Below, in pieces: positions 29,861-39,828 of a stretch of 64,000 bases of DNA (position 1 is the first letter of the stretch; the number at the start of each line of letters is the position of its first letter). The translations under genes and the position numbers were made by a program. Below the pieces are notes generated by a model, which saw only the letters and a program-made list of their open reading frames with translations, had not been told where the DNA came from and did no database searches. Location of the stretch: IMG/VR virus record IMGVR_UViG_3300036985_002546, positions 7,812-71,811 of that record. The stretch is one strand, 5' to 3'. Source of the DNA: a virus.

Positions 29861-30925
29861 TTATGATGCAGTTACTGAATTGAGGCTGAGAATCATCCAA
29901 CCAGAAGCGGTCCATTGAAGAACTGCACAATCATTAGCAGCATCAAATGCTAGTGAAGTGTAACCAAGAGCTGTAGCTGGTGTAACAGTACCTGCTGGTG
30001 TATTAATTGCCGCAGTACAGGAAATTACCTTAACTTGTCCTACTGTAGAACCGTTTGCGAGCGAGTATGCTTTTGTACCGTCTATGGTGATAAGAGTAGT
30101 TTTCTTAACAACAGAACAAACACCTGAAGCTACTGTTTCGATACCTGTGTCGTATGTTACCTGTGTGTTGAAAGCGGAGACTACAGCAGCATTAGCTGTG
30201 GTAGTCGTGTTGTCCATCATAATTCTAACCCAAGCAGTACCATTCCACTCTAGAGTAGCTGCATCACCTACAGTGTTAAATACGATAGTTGAAAAACCGA
30301 GTGCGTTGGCGGGTGTAAGCGTACCAACAGGGGTACTTGCGGCTACTGTACAAACGAGAATTTTCTTCTGTCCTACTGCGGTTCCGTCAGCTAGTGTGTA
30401 AGCTTGTGTTCCGGTTACAGATAACTGTGTAGTTTGTTTGGTGATAGAGCAAGCGCCAGAAGTAGTGGTTTCGATAGCAACATCATAAGCAGCTTGGGTA
30501 TTGAAAGCGGCAACTACAGCAGCATTAGCTGTGGTAGTTGTGTTGTCCATTACTTTACGTTCCCATGCTGTACCGTTCCAAACAAAAGTTACAGCGTCAC
30601 CAACTGTATTAAACACTACAGTAGAAAAACCTAGTGCGTGAGCTGGAGTTAGCGTACCTACAGGAGTACTTGCTGCTACAGAACAAACAAATACTTTTTC
30701 CTGACCTACAGAGGTACCGTCTGCTAGCGTATACCCTTTTGTCCCAGTTACAGATAACTGGGTAATTCGTTTGGTGATAGAGCATGCGCCAGTAGTTACA
30801 GTCTCTAATCCTGCGTCATATATAGCTTTTGCTTCAAAAGCAGCGTTGTTAGCTAAGGCGTTAGGCATATCATCTAAAACGTCTGCTTCTTCTGGACTTA
30901 ACAATGCTTTTAATGGATCAAACAT
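29861..30925 (-). CDS. Three-repeat structural (decoration/fibre-like) protein
   Basis: Three ~115-aa units YD...ET...G.CS..K..T......Y.LA.G..VGQ.K...C...TP.GT.TPA.ALG; strong RBS; follows sheath. Confidence 0.65.
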   Translation of the reverse strand: MFDPLKALLSPEEADVLDDMPNALANNAAFEAKAIYDAGLETVTTGACSITKRITQLSVTGTKGYTLADGTSVGQEKVFVCSVAASTPVGTLTPAHALGFSTVVFNTVGDAVTFVWNGTAWERKVMDNTTTTANAAVVAAFNTQAAYDVAIETTTSGACSITKQTTQLSVTGTQAYTLADGTAVGQKKILVCTVAASTPVGTLTPANALGFSTIVFNTVGDAATLEWNGTAWVRIMMDNTTTTANAAVVSAFNTQVTYDTGIETVASGVCSVVKKTTLITIDGTKAYSLANGSTVGQVKVISCTAAINTPAGTVTPATALGYTSLAFDAANDCAVLQWTASGWMILSLNSVTAS

Positions 30926-30956
30926 ATGAATTCTCCTTTAATTTTCTTGTGTTAAC

Positions 30957-33296
30957 TTACGCTGTTAGGTGAGGAATTTGGAGTGAAATATCGTTTAAAG
31001 TAAAACAAATACCGGGCGTTGGGAAAATTTCTACACGAATAGTTGCAACGTTTCCATCAATGAAAATTCTCAAACTCCTATACCCAGGTAAAGTTACTGA
31101 TAGCGTTTCAGGATCAAGAGATTGTGTAATAATCCCTTGGTTAAGATAACTATCCATTTTAGCTACTACGAAATCACGAATGCTAGCTGCTGTTGCCGGT
31201 TTAGCTTTTAGACCTGTAAATTGGTCTTCAATGCTTTGGCGTAAATCATATGCTATGTAACGAATTTCTTCACGAATATTACCGTCCATAAAACAAATGT
31301 TATCATCTTTGATGTAAGTAGTAAGGTCTCTTACCCACCGAATACCAGCAGGAGCAGATTCAGCAAACATGACGCCACCAGCAATAAGCTTATTGATTGA
31401 AGTTCGGTCCGTTGGTGCCCAGCTGGTATCTTGTGTGAACTGACTAGTTTTAATAAACTTGAAGGTAAGAGGATCACCCACTTCGTTAGTTCCTGCACGC
31501 ATACTTGCAGCTGCTACAGCTGATGCCCACTCAGGCATAAGCTTGAGTGTATTTTCGGCGCCAGCAAACATCATTTTCTGTGGGAATAGCTGAACATCTG
31601 TGTCATTTAATGCTTTAGCTTGGACTAGTACTTGTGTAAGAGTACCTTGCATACCTACATATCCGCCCATCTCGTTCTTACCCATACCGCGACCAAGTTG
31701 GACGTGTGACGAAAGTTGTGCTGCTATAGTAGCAAAATCTACCTTAGACGTAACCATACCATCACCTGTCATATCTGCACTGACAAGAGGTACACAGTGA
31801 TTACCGCGTTCTTGAATTAGTGCATCAAATCCGTTTTGGAAGTTAGTGTTTATACTAATACCACGCGTACCGCCTAATAGAAACACAGGAACATCTCTTA
31901 CTAGTGTTGAGTCTCCGCCAGTAACATTAGGTAATTGACTACCTTCAGTAGCGGCTGTAGTAGCTTTTGTAGCAGTAGCTAGCGTAGAAAAATTATTAAT
32001 CCAATCAACAACAACTTGTAAATCCCGTCTGAATGTTCCATGTGTACTAGGAGAATATTCTGCATCAAATCGGCAATTTACAGCAGTATTTCTAGTTCCA
32101 AAATCAAACGATGACATTAGTGTTGTATCTGGATTAACCCCATTTGGTGTGGTAGCAATCCAGTTTGTATTTGCATTGATGTATGTAACTAACTCCCTGA
32201 GTGTGGTTACTTGTATTGTAGCGAACGTTAAATCTAAGTTATCAGTAGTAGATGCAGGAGTACTGGTAACTGAAGAAGTAATTTTTGTTGCTAAGCCATT
32301 AGCACCAACAATTGTAGCTGTTGCAGCCGAAACATTTATAATTTCTGCCGAAGTAGCAGAGGCTTGCTGTTGTGTTGTGAGTGTGTGACCTGTAGCCAAG
32401 ACTACAGCAGTAGGATCAGCGGTATCGTGTGACGCAATTAGTCTTTGTATACCGTTGTTAAATCTAATTATTTTTGCATCCCAAGCGTTAGCAGAAGGAG
32501 CACTAGCTGGATTTACAACAAGATGAAGACCGTCTGTCCACGAAACTACAGGACCAGAAGCAAGAACTGGACCACCATCATAACGTAAGTTTAAAAATGA
32601 ATCTCCACCAAGAACACCGGACTGTTCTACGGTGTCTTCAAACGCAAGAGTTACAACAGAACCACTACCACTACTCTCAAATTCTACTGAGATTTGGTTT
32701 GTGTGGGATCCGTAATCTTTGCTAGTTAGTGAAAGCTGATTATTAAGAATTTTTACTGCGGTAGGAGAAACTGGCGCTGATGGAAATCCTGGATCGACTG
32801 TTACTGTGGTAGCAGTGTTGCTTAGAATGCGTCGTTTTACATCACTAATTAAAAGCCACCTACCTGCGTGTTGATTTATGGTTAACCCGCCCGTAGTTAG
32901 CTGAATAACTGTAGTTGTAGACGAGGGCGAAGCCGCCGTCGTGTCGGATACTAATGTATCAGAATCTACTCCAGAAAGTTTAATACCTGACCGTGTAGAG
33001 TTATTAGTTTTGTAAGCTAACACTCTAGATGCGCCACCAGGTACACGTGTATCTCCGCTAGCTGAAAATGCTACTTTAATAGCGTCAGCTAATGGACCAG
33101 ATCTAAAAAGCGATTTAGCAAGAGATGGATCATCAATTTGCTGTACAACACCAGGTTCACCACCCTCTGCTTCACCGATAAGTTGTATAATACCTGTAGG
33201 TGATGCGTTAATAGGAAGTGTACCGTCTGTGTTGATTCTAGTAAGGCCCCCTGGTTTGTACTGGGTCTGGCCACCAAAAGTTACTGAACGTGCCAT
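30957..33296 (-). CDS. Tail sheath protein
   Basis: YKPG, LIGEAEGGEPG, FRSG.L..A, SKDYG...NQI, EVGDPLTFK, VRDLTTY; Herelleviridae-like sheath. Confidence 0.92.
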   Translation of the reverse strand: MARSVTFGGQTQYKPGGLTRINTDGTLPINASPTGIIQLIGEAEGGEPGVVQQIDDPSLAKSLFRSGPLADAIKVAFSASGDTRVPGGASRVLAYKTNNSTRSGIKLSGVDSDTLVSDTTAASPSSTTTVIQLTTGGLTINQHAGRWLLISDVKRRILSNTATTVTVDPGFPSAPVSPTAVKILNNQLSLTSKDYGSHTNQISVEFESSGSGSVVTLAFEDTVEQSGVLGGDSFLNLRYDGGPVLASGPVVSWTDGLHLVVNPASAPSANAWDAKIIRFNNGIQRLIASHDTADPTAVVLATGHTLTTQQQASATSAEIINVSAATATIVGANGLATKITSSVTSTPASTTDNLDLTFATIQVTTLRELVTYINANTNWIATTPNGVNPDTTLMSSFDFGTRNTAVNCRFDAEYSPSTHGTFRRDLQVVVDWINNFSTLATATKATTAATEGSQLPNVTGGDSTLVRDVPVFLLGGTRGISINTNFQNGFDALIQERGNHCVPLVSADMTGDGMVTSKVDFATIAAQLSSHVQLGRGMGKNEMGGYVGMQGTLTQVLVQAKALNDTDVQLFPQKMMFAGAENTLKLMPEWASAVAAASMRAGTNEVGDPLTFKFIKTSQFTQDTSWAPTDRTSINKLIAGGVMFAESAPAGIRWVRDLTTYIKDDNICFMDGNIREEIRYIAYDLRQSIEDQFTGLKAKPATAASIRDFVVAKMDSYLNQGIITQSLDPETLSVTLPGYRSLRIFIDGNVATIRVEIFPTPGICFTLNDISLQIPHLTA

Positions 33297-33336
33297 TTGT
33301 TTTATTCTCCTTAGTGTTTTTTATAGGCGGTCAGTG

Positions 33337-33534
33337 TCAGTATGCCTTGAAAAGATTATCCCAGTCAGCTTTTGTTCGCTTTCCGAGAAAAGTGTTACGT
33401 AGATACGTAAGCATACCAGCTTTATGATGAATTGGTTTACCTGTAGTAGCAAACCAGCGATCGAACGACATTAAAGATGTCTTCTTTGTATTATCTTCTG
33501 TTTTACTGTTTTCTAATTCTAATTGATCCGACAT
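33337..33534 (-). CDS. Small pre-sheath protein (65 aa; start moved to MSDQLE)
   Basis: TAATG coupling at 33536..33532 with the upstream gene; small gene before sheath. Confidence 0.6.
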   Translation of the reverse strand: MSDQLELENSKTEDNTKKTSLMSFDRWFATTGKPIHHKAGMLTYLRNTFLGKRTKADWDNLFKAY

Positions 33535-34541
33535 TATTGTACCTGTGTATTTGACACTACCGTTAATATTCCATTTTGACAACTAGATTCTAACACAAGA
33601 TTAAAGCTTGTGGCGTACTCTGGTTGAATATAAATACTGAATGGATATTGGAAACTTACTTCTATAGCACGCATATATGCAAAATCTGGATAGTATTCTT
33701 TTCTTGGTGTAAAATCAGAAGCACTGAGCCTCATGTTAATTATACCTTGACTCTCCAGAAATATCCTAGACATTGTTAGAATACTTTTAACAATTGTGGA
33801 TAGGTACACTGTAATTTCTGGATTTTTATCAACTACTTGTAGTTGATACGTTGTGTTATAGTAACTTCCTTTACTTTCAACAAACTGAGATGTTTGATTC
33901 GGGTATAAAGACCTAGGCTCTCCTACAATTTCTTTTTCTTCACTTCTTATAACAAAAATAGAAGTGCTATCCGGAACAACATTCCAGTTAGGAGTAACCA
34001 TTAACGTATCGCGACTATTTGTAGTGATTTTACGTTGTTGGCCTACACCCTTACCACCTACAATGTGTACTGTGTAGTTTTTTATCCTATATTGGTCTAT
34101 ATTCCACGTAACTGATGGCAGTGAGATGGTGTTTAGTGTACCGTGATCCGCTTGAGCTGGACCGTAAACACATAAACCTTCTCCAGACATAGAAGAAACA
34201 CTTGCTGCACCGTGTATAATACCCCCACCTAAAACTTCCTCTGAAAAGTCATCGAACCCCATTCCGTCAGGAACCTCTCCGGTCGCCATGTGATCTCCCA
34301 GAAATGCCTGTGACTCACTTTCAGATTTTAAAAGTATAATAATTGCAGGTACTTTGGTAGCTTCACGCGGATAGTTAATGTCTATCCAAATCATATTTTG
34401 TTCAAAATACTCTCGCATTTGCGTAGCAGAATCTCTGTCCAAATTCCTAAACAATTGCTCTAAGTACTTAGGATTATTCCTAAAAGTTTCAATTCCTTTT
34501 ACGACTACCGTACGAAGTATTAATTCTGGGTTAATAGACAC
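33534..34541 (-). CDS. Tail terminator / neck protein with an inserted beta domain
   Basis: INYPRE...PAIII.L..E.E...FLGD motif; position before sheath. Confidence 0.65.
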   Translation of the reverse strand: MSINPELILRTVVVKGIETFRNNPKYLEQLFRNLDRDSATQMREYFEQNMIWIDINYPREATKVPAIIILLKSESESQAFLGDHMATGEVPDGMGFDDFSEEVLGGGIIHGAASVSSMSGEGLCVYGPAQADHGTLNTISLPSVTWNIDQYRIKNYTVHIVGGKGVGQQRKITTNSRDTLMVTPNWNVVPDSTSIFVIRSEEKEIVGEPRSLYPNQTSQFVESKGSYYNTTYQLQVVDKNPEITVYLSTIVKSILTMSRIFLESQGIINMRLSASDFTPRKEYYPDFAYMRAIEVSFQYPFSIYIQPEYATSFNLVLESSCQNGILTVVSNTQVQ

Positions 34542-34543
34542 AG

Positions 34544-34930
34544 TTACACCTCACTGTCAAAAGCTGATTTAAAGGCTGCATCAATGAGATTGTCAGAATT
34601 GTTTTTAATGTTTTCAATAGGATTTGCTGATTGTGTTCGGTCTACAGAGTTTATCGTGTGTATTGCTGGTTTCCAGCCATCAATACTCATTGTAACCCCA
34701 TCCGATTCTATTGTAACGTGAAGATTTTCCATATACGTGTTAGTATCGGATTCTGAACTTTGATCTTTAGAATCTATATAATACTGCGTTAAATTTTGTT
34801 GTAAATTTTTAAATGCAGTCGTTTGTGCTCTTTCAAGTACTTCGCTAGGAGATTTACCGGGTACTGGTACTAATTTTAGTTTAAAAGCCATATTAGCACG
34901 GAACCCTACCAGATAGCGGTTGTCTGTCAT
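34544..34930 (-). CDS. Hypothetical neck-region protein
   Basis: ORF within neck operon; start uncertain (MAFKL is an alternative). Confidence 0.5.
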   Translation of the reverse strand: MTDNRYLVGFRANMAFKLKLVPVPGKSPSEVLERAQTTAFKNLQQNLTQYYIDSKDQSSESDTNTYMENLHVTIESDGVTMSIDGWKPAIHTINSVDRTQSANPIENIKNNSDNLIDAAFKSAFDSEV

Positions 34931-35687
34931 CTTCAGTTACAAACGGACTTTCATTTATGTTAGCTATGTGTCGTTTTCGTAACATTAATAACTGACCTAA
35001 ATCTGTTTCTCCTCTATCAGTTCTTTCTTGTGGAGGAGCCCATACAATCCACTCTAGGAATGCTGTATATTTTAGTACGTATTTAGTACCAACGGCTGGT
35101 TTATTTCCAACCCAATTGATTAATTTTCCTGGTCCTAATGTAAAATCTGACCCATCATGGTATTTAACTCTATTTTCATCTTCACACCACAAACCGTGTT
35201 GTGGTTCATACCAAACGCGGTCTTCATTAGGATTTATGAACTTAGCAAATCGTGCGTTGGTGGATAAATGAGCAGCTCCACGAACTATCGTTTGACCGTC
35301 ATCTAACGGAGTATCCCAGAGTTGTGTTATTCTATCGTTTGCTGAAACGCGTCTAGGAGTGTTGGAACCAAAAGCTCCAGGTAATAGAGAAAATTGTATG
35401 TCACCAACTTGAACAATACCCACGTCAACAGGATTGGCTTGTTGGCGCATTGAGGTAGCCAATCCCAGAACTATTACGGGATCTCTATACAACCAGCCAT
35501 CACCACCACAATTAGGACAATCTGGTAATCTTCGTTGGAATTTTCCACCCTGTAACATGTTTGCTGCTGGGTCAGACGTCCTACATTTTGGACACGCTAG
35601 TGCCATTTCATGAACCATGCGTGTGCCTCGATCTCCAAAAAGACCTTCTTGTAATCCAGGAAAAAAATCTAGTCCAAGGCGCTCCAT
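34893..35687 (-). CDS. Head closure / neck protein with Cys motif
   Basis: ACPKC...CPNCGGDGWLY resembles the Cys-containing neck protein of SPO1/Twort-like phages. Confidence 0.65.
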   Translation of the reverse strand: MERLGLDFFPGLQEGLFGDRGTRMVHEMALACPKCRTSDPAANMLQGGKFQRRLPDCPNCGGDGWLYRDPVIVLGLATSMRQQANPVDVGIVQVGDIQFSLLPGAFGSNTPRRVSANDRITQLWDTPLDDGQTIVRGAAHLSTNARFAKFINPNEDRVWYEPQHGLWCEDENRVKYHDGSDFTLGPGKLINWVGNKPAVGTKYVLKYTAFLEWIVWAPPQERTDRGETDLGQLLMLRKRHIANINESPFVTEDDRQPLSGRVPC

Positions 35688-35692
35688 AAAGT

Positions 35693-37429
35693 TTACACCA
35701 CAATCATATTTGGACCACGGAATGCACCGCGTAGTAGAACTATGTTCTTATCAATCCAATCCTTATACTCTGTAACAGCCATACCGTAGGTACCAGCTTG
35801 TGCTGACTGAATATATGAAACAGACTCTGAAATTCCATCTCTATGTATCGAAGAACTAGTAATTCCTGGTCTATAAGCCATACCAGCTAGTGTTAGTATC
35901 TGTATTGCTGCTTTTTTAGCTACAAGTTCTAATAGAACCGGTGGTACTTCCCTGTGACCTACAAGTGCTGTAAAATTCCAAAAATTAGGTAATGGTACTT
36001 GACCTTGTAAACTTTGCATCAACATTAAACCAATAAAGTTAAATACGGTTTCTTGATTGAAAGGAACTAACTCTACGAATCCTGATTTTTCGTGCGCTTC
36101 CACCCATTCTAATGCAACGTCTAAAATTCTGGTATTTGATAACTTTCCGTATAATTCATCAAATCTAATTATTGGAATATATGGAAATTTGAAATTAATC
36201 CAGTGTCCGGCTGAGGGAATATAGTATGCCAAAGAATCAACTACTACGTCCCATGTTGCGTTAATTAATTGGGGAATATCGCTGTCTATAGGATAAGCCA
36301 GCACATCAGGATCTACTTCAGTTGTAATCACTGTAGGTTCTATGAATACAGATAGCGCGCTATCTTCTAGCCACGAAATCGACTCATCTATAGCCCGTCG
36401 CATAGTCTCAGTATCAAGAGGCTTTTTAGCTATCAATAAGTCTTCTGCACGACTCTGTGCTGGCATTAGAGACAAAGCCGGAACACGTACTTGAATACAA
36501 TTATTTGTGTTTCCTTGACGTAGTGTATAAGTTTTTTTACCTTCTGTTAAAACAACAGCAGGACCACCACACCAAGTGAGAAAGCGAGTAATATTCGCGA
36601 CATCAAATTTCCCTAATAAACCCAAGGTTGTAGTAGCTGTACCTGCTGGGTCTATAAGCAGTGATATTAATCCTCCAGTAATTCTTACTTTATTGGATTC
36701 AGCTACTGAGGTAACACCATAACTAGATAAACTGGACGAAATAACTGCGGCTACTTCTAACGCTGTAGCAGCAGAAATACTAACAAATTGACTAGTTAAA
36801 AATGTAACAGTTAACGGATCTCCGTTATCTAATCTTAAAATTAGTGTCTGTCCATTGGACAAAGCAAATGTCTGTGATGTTACACCTAATACTGTAGGGA
36901 CGTGATCTCCTGCAAAGTTATAGGATAAAGGATACCAACCTGTAGGGTGCCCTTGTGAAACACTAGACACGACAGTACCAGAAACAGCACTTGGTTGTTC
37001 TTGTACAGTTAAAACATCAGCAGCTAACCCGTGAGCCCCAAACATGAAATCTGTTTTTAATCTTTCTACGGAAACTAATGAAACTCTAAAATCTTCACTA
37101 TCCGCAGTCAAATTAGGATTAGAAACTGATGTAGCACGCAGAAAGTAATTACCTCTACGTACTTTTGAAACTGCTTCTTCATCTACTATATCAGGTAAAT
37201 AGAACTCTAATTGATAAGCTTGGGCTAAAGATGCAGGAATTGTGAAGGTTTTTGTTGCAACTAACTCATCTCTGTTTCGTCTGGCTTTTATTAATGTAAC
37301 ACTTATTTGTTCGTTGGTAAGGTTAGTTCCCGTAGGTGTAATCGTAGAGATTACAGTATTACGCTCTGATTCAAAACGACTGTATTCTTCTTGGTCTACA
37401 GTAATCGAAAGCGTAAGTGGGGCGCTCAT
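35693..37429 (-). CDS. Head-tail adaptor (neck) protein with N-terminal extra domains
   Basis: C-terminal AI......E..L...I.P, P..L...V.K.AAI..L, GI.S.SI..DG.SES.S. Confidence 0.7.
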   Translation of the reverse strand: MSAPLTLSITVDQEEYSRFESERNTVISTITPTGTNLTNEQISVTLIKARRNRDELVATKTFTIPASLAQAYQLEFYLPDIVDEEAVSKVRRGNYFLRATSVSNPNLTADSEDFRVSLVSVERLKTDFMFGAHGLAADVLTVQEQPSAVSGTVVSSVSQGHPTGWYPLSYNFAGDHVPTVLGVTSQTFALSNGQTLILRLDNGDPLTVTFLTSQFVSISAATALEVAAVISSSLSSYGVTSVAESNKVRITGGLISLLIDPAGTATTTLGLLGKFDVANITRFLTWCGGPAVVLTEGKKTYTLRQGNTNNCIQVRVPALSLMPAQSRAEDLLIAKKPLDTETMRRAIDESISWLEDSALSVFIEPTVITTEVDPDVLAYPIDSDIPQLINATWDVVVDSLAYYIPSAGHWINFKFPYIPIIRFDELYGKLSNTRILDVALEWVEAHEKSGFVELVPFNQETVFNFIGLMLMQSLQGQVPLPNFWNFTALVGHREVPPVLLELVAKKAAIQILTLAGMAYRPGITSSSIHRDGISESVSYIQSAQAGTYGMAVTEYKDWIDKNIVLLRGAFRGPNMIVV

Positions 37430-38032
37430 TTAAATAACACCGGTAAACAAGTTAGCTGAAGACTGGTTTGGAACCACCAATCTACGTCTAAATTCCACAG
37501 ACGGAATAAAGATTTCTACATCAGCTAATCTAACTAAAGACAAGAAAAACTGACCATTAGCGTCAGTCATGGTGGCAATTGGTATTTGTAATAGTGCTGC
37601 CTGTGATCCTTCTATAGAAGGTAATCCTATTACTTGAGCGGAAACAGAGATGTTGGCTTGTGGTACTCCGGTTGCATCTACTACATGACCCCAAAGTACA
37701 CACGTTTCAAAGGTTACACTCGTTCCAGGTATAATTCCACCACTAGCAGCTACTGTAGCAGTAGTGATTATCGTATCAATATCAGCTCCATCTACCATCA
37801 CAGAAATCGGACCAACTACACTTAAATCACTTGTAGTTAAGTCTATCTCATACGCACCGCTTCCAATTTCTCTGAAATTTCCAGCAGTTAGAGTTTTTGT
37901 AGCAAAAACTCCACTGTATTTTCTAATGCTACACCCTACATCACTATAAACTAGTCCTGTAACAGCTGTGTTGTTGTACGACAGTAATACAACTAGGGAC
38001 CCGGCTGTGTTTTGAGTAAACACCTGTGCCAT
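37430..38032 (-). CDS. Ig/carboxypeptidase-regulatory-like structural protein
   Basis: G.VVDATG.P..N..V and TDANGQF motifs; structural operon. Confidence 0.55.
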   Translation of the reverse strand: MAQVFTQNTAGSLVVLLSYNNTAVTGLVYSDVGCSIRKYSGVFATKTLTAGNFREIGSGAYEIDLTTSDLSVVGPISVMVDGADIDTIITTATVAASGGIIPGTSVTFETCVLWGHVVDATGVPQANISVSAQVIGLPSIEGSQAALLQIPIATMTDANGQFFLSLVRLADVEIFIPSVEFRRRLVVPNQSSANLFTGVI

Positions 38033-38034
38033 GG

Positions 38035-38304
38035 TTAACCCTCAAAGAATAAAGCGGAGTATGTAGTTCCAGAGTCTGATTTCAACCAAATATAATGGAA
38101 TTTTATATCTTCTGCAAACTCTTTTGCTGTACCAACAGGAAACCAATTTGTTCCATTGTTGAAGGAGATGTCAAGGGAGTTGGAACCTGTATTAAGGAGT
38201 TTAACTCGAAACCCAATACCACGTTTAATATCGATCTTTACAGGTGTTGCAGTAAGAGTACCTTCGTAGTGCGTAGCACGTAATGACGCCGGAATTGCAG
38301 GCAT
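38035..38304 (-). CDS. Small beta-rich structural (decoration-like) protein
   Basis: 89 aa; N.G.N.L.ISFN.G; RBS AGGAGG. Confidence 0.55.
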   Translation of the reverse strand: MPAIPASLRATHYEGTLTATPVKIDIKRGIGFRVKLLNTGSNSLDISFNNGTNWFPVGTAKEFAEDIKFHYIWLKSDSGTTYSALFFEG

Positions 38305-38328
38305 ATCGCCTCCTATATAACGAACAAT

Positions 38329-38353
38329 AGCGTAGAACTTAACGTTCTACGCT
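38329..38353 (-). terminator. Intergenic stem-loop (weak terminator or mRNA stabiliser)
   Basis: Perfect 10-bp stem AGCGTAGAAC/GTTCTACGCT with 5-nt loop; poor U-tract. Confidence 0.45.
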
Positions 38354-38359
38354 TATAAA

Positions 38360-38566
38360 TTATTGCTGTGGATCGGGAAGTTCGATGGATGTTACAATTT
38401 GCTCTAAAGTCTGTAGTGCGGTAATAAGATTACCAACTGTAGCTGTACTAGAATCTAGTGCAGCAACAACGGCAACCATCTCATTCCACTGTTTACGAAC
38501 TTCTTGAGAAACACGAGACGAGGTATCATCAATTATTTTCTTAGAAAGTGGGGTAATTGCGGCCAT
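38360..38566 (-). CDS. Small helical hypothetical virion protein
   Basis: 68 aa ORF with RBS AGGAG. Confidence 0.6.
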   Translation of the reverse strand: MAAITPLSKKIIDDTSSRVSQEVRKQWNEMVAVVAALDSSTATVGNLITALQTLEQIVTSIELPDPQQ

Positions 38567-38569
38567 TTA

Positions 38570-39187
38570 TTATTCTCCTGTGTTTTTTGTAGACGTAGCT
38601 AGCTCTGCGCGTATATCCTCTACAAGGTTAGTATTTTTTGTAGTATTAAGCAATGCTTTTTTATTTTTACGGGACATCTTTTTCTGACCTTCAGCAGTAT
38701 CTGGCTCAACCCTATAGGGAAGATTAATCTCCGGTTGTTCAATTCTAGTGTTATCACTAGGTACTACTGGTAGGGAACTTCTAGGTAATTCTTGGGCTTT
38801 TGCAGGTTCCACACTCTGAGTAGGAGGTACACTTACATCCTTCTGTGTAGGAATAGTTCCGTCCTTATCGAGTTCCGTTATTCCGTTCATTTTAACCAAC
38901 TGTTCAAAGTCTTCGATACACGTAGCCCTATAAGTATTTTTAAAAGTACAAATACCTTTAGCATCAAAATTAAATACTGTATTACCAATAACAGTTTGAC
39001 GATTAGCGAATCTAGGACAATACGCTTTTCTCACTTTTTTACTCTCCTTACCTACTGGAGTAGGTTGCGTTAAAGGTAGAAGTGCTAATAAACTCTCTAA
39101 ACTTTGAGACGGTGTGTTATTTACAACTTCTGCTTTACGTTGTTCTCTTGCAGTGCGTTGATGTTCATCTTCTGAAGGCAATGGCAT
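38570..39187 (-). CDS. Hypothetical protein (first gene of the neck block)
   Basis: 205 aa; small folded core (FNFDAKG) with disordered flanks. Confidence 0.55.
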   Translation of the reverse strand: MPLPSEDEHQRTAREQRKAEVVNNTPSQSLESLLALLPLTQPTPVGKESKKVRKAYCPRFANRQTVIGNTVFNFDAKGICTFKNTYRATCIEDFEQLVKMNGITELDKDGTIPTQKDVSVPPTQSVEPAKAQELPRSSLPVVPSDNTRIEQPEINLPYRVEPDTAEGQKKMSRKNKKALLNTTKNTNLVEDIRAELATSTKNTGE

Positions 39188-39221
39188 GTTGGTAGTTTAA
39201 CACACCTAAGTTGTGTGTGTA

Positions 39222-39656
39222 CTAGTAATTTTCAAATGACGGAGTTTCACAGTTTTCTACAGCCCAACGCATCCAAAACTCAAACCAAATTAATCTTGCT
39301 AAATCATAGTCATAGGTTTTCTCATCGTCTGACCAACCTGGTGGTAGCGTTGCTGTGTTTTTATAAAGTTGTAGTGCGTTAAATACGGCATCTACGTCTT
39401 CTTTAGTTACAGGAAGACAGTTAGGATGTTTTTCAGTAAATTTACCTAGAATGTGCTTGGTATTGGTTTTTTTAAGAAAACCTTCCCAACCCGTATATGA
39501 AGGATATCTAGAATTGGACATTCCACAATTTGAACACCCAGGAAATATAGGAGCACTATCTAACGTTTGATTCTCTACTCTAATTAGTAGAGGTAGTTCT
39601 TCTGAGTGCTCTATCTCGTTAATTACTGCATTACCAATTCGTAATGTGTATCCCAT
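39222..39656 (-). CDS. Accessory hypothetical protein (start MGYTLRIG)
   Basis: ATG at 39656 just after the stop of 39659..39781; N.RYPSY..W and RL.W..FW..WA...CE.P motifs. Confidence 0.65.
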   Translation of the reverse strand: MGYTLRIGNAVINEIEHSEELPLLIRVENQTLDSAPIFPGCSNCGMSNSRYPSYTGWEGFLKKTNTKHILGKFTEKHPNCLPVTKEDVDAVFNALQLYKNTATLPPGWSDDEKTYDYDLARLIWFEFWMRWAVENCETPSFENY

Positions 39657-39658
39657 GA

Positions 39659-39781
39659 CTAAAAACACACAGCAATACTAATAGCTGCCAAAGTTACTAG
39701 AAAACTTAGCGCCCAAATACGTAATTTCCTAGTACGACGTTGACTTAGTTGTTCCCATTCCAAATACCAATCTTTGTTCAT
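39659..39781 (-). CDS. 40-aa single-pass membrane protein, not in the ORF track
   Basis: MNKDWYLEWEQLSQRRTRKLRIWALSFLVTLAAISIAVCF*; RBS AGGAG; basic patch then hydrophobic helix. Confidence 0.65.
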   Translation of the reverse strand: MNKDWYLEWEQLSQRRTRKLRIWALSFLVTLAAISIAVCF

Positions 39782-39828
39782 GTCCGTTTGCTCCTACGAA
39801 TCAATTTAGAAGTTTTATTAGTCATAAC

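Noticed and set aside
15415-33296. Bacterial contractile injection system or tailocin
   Set aside because: Linked to capsid, portal, protease, primase and nrdJ genes, so it is a phage tail
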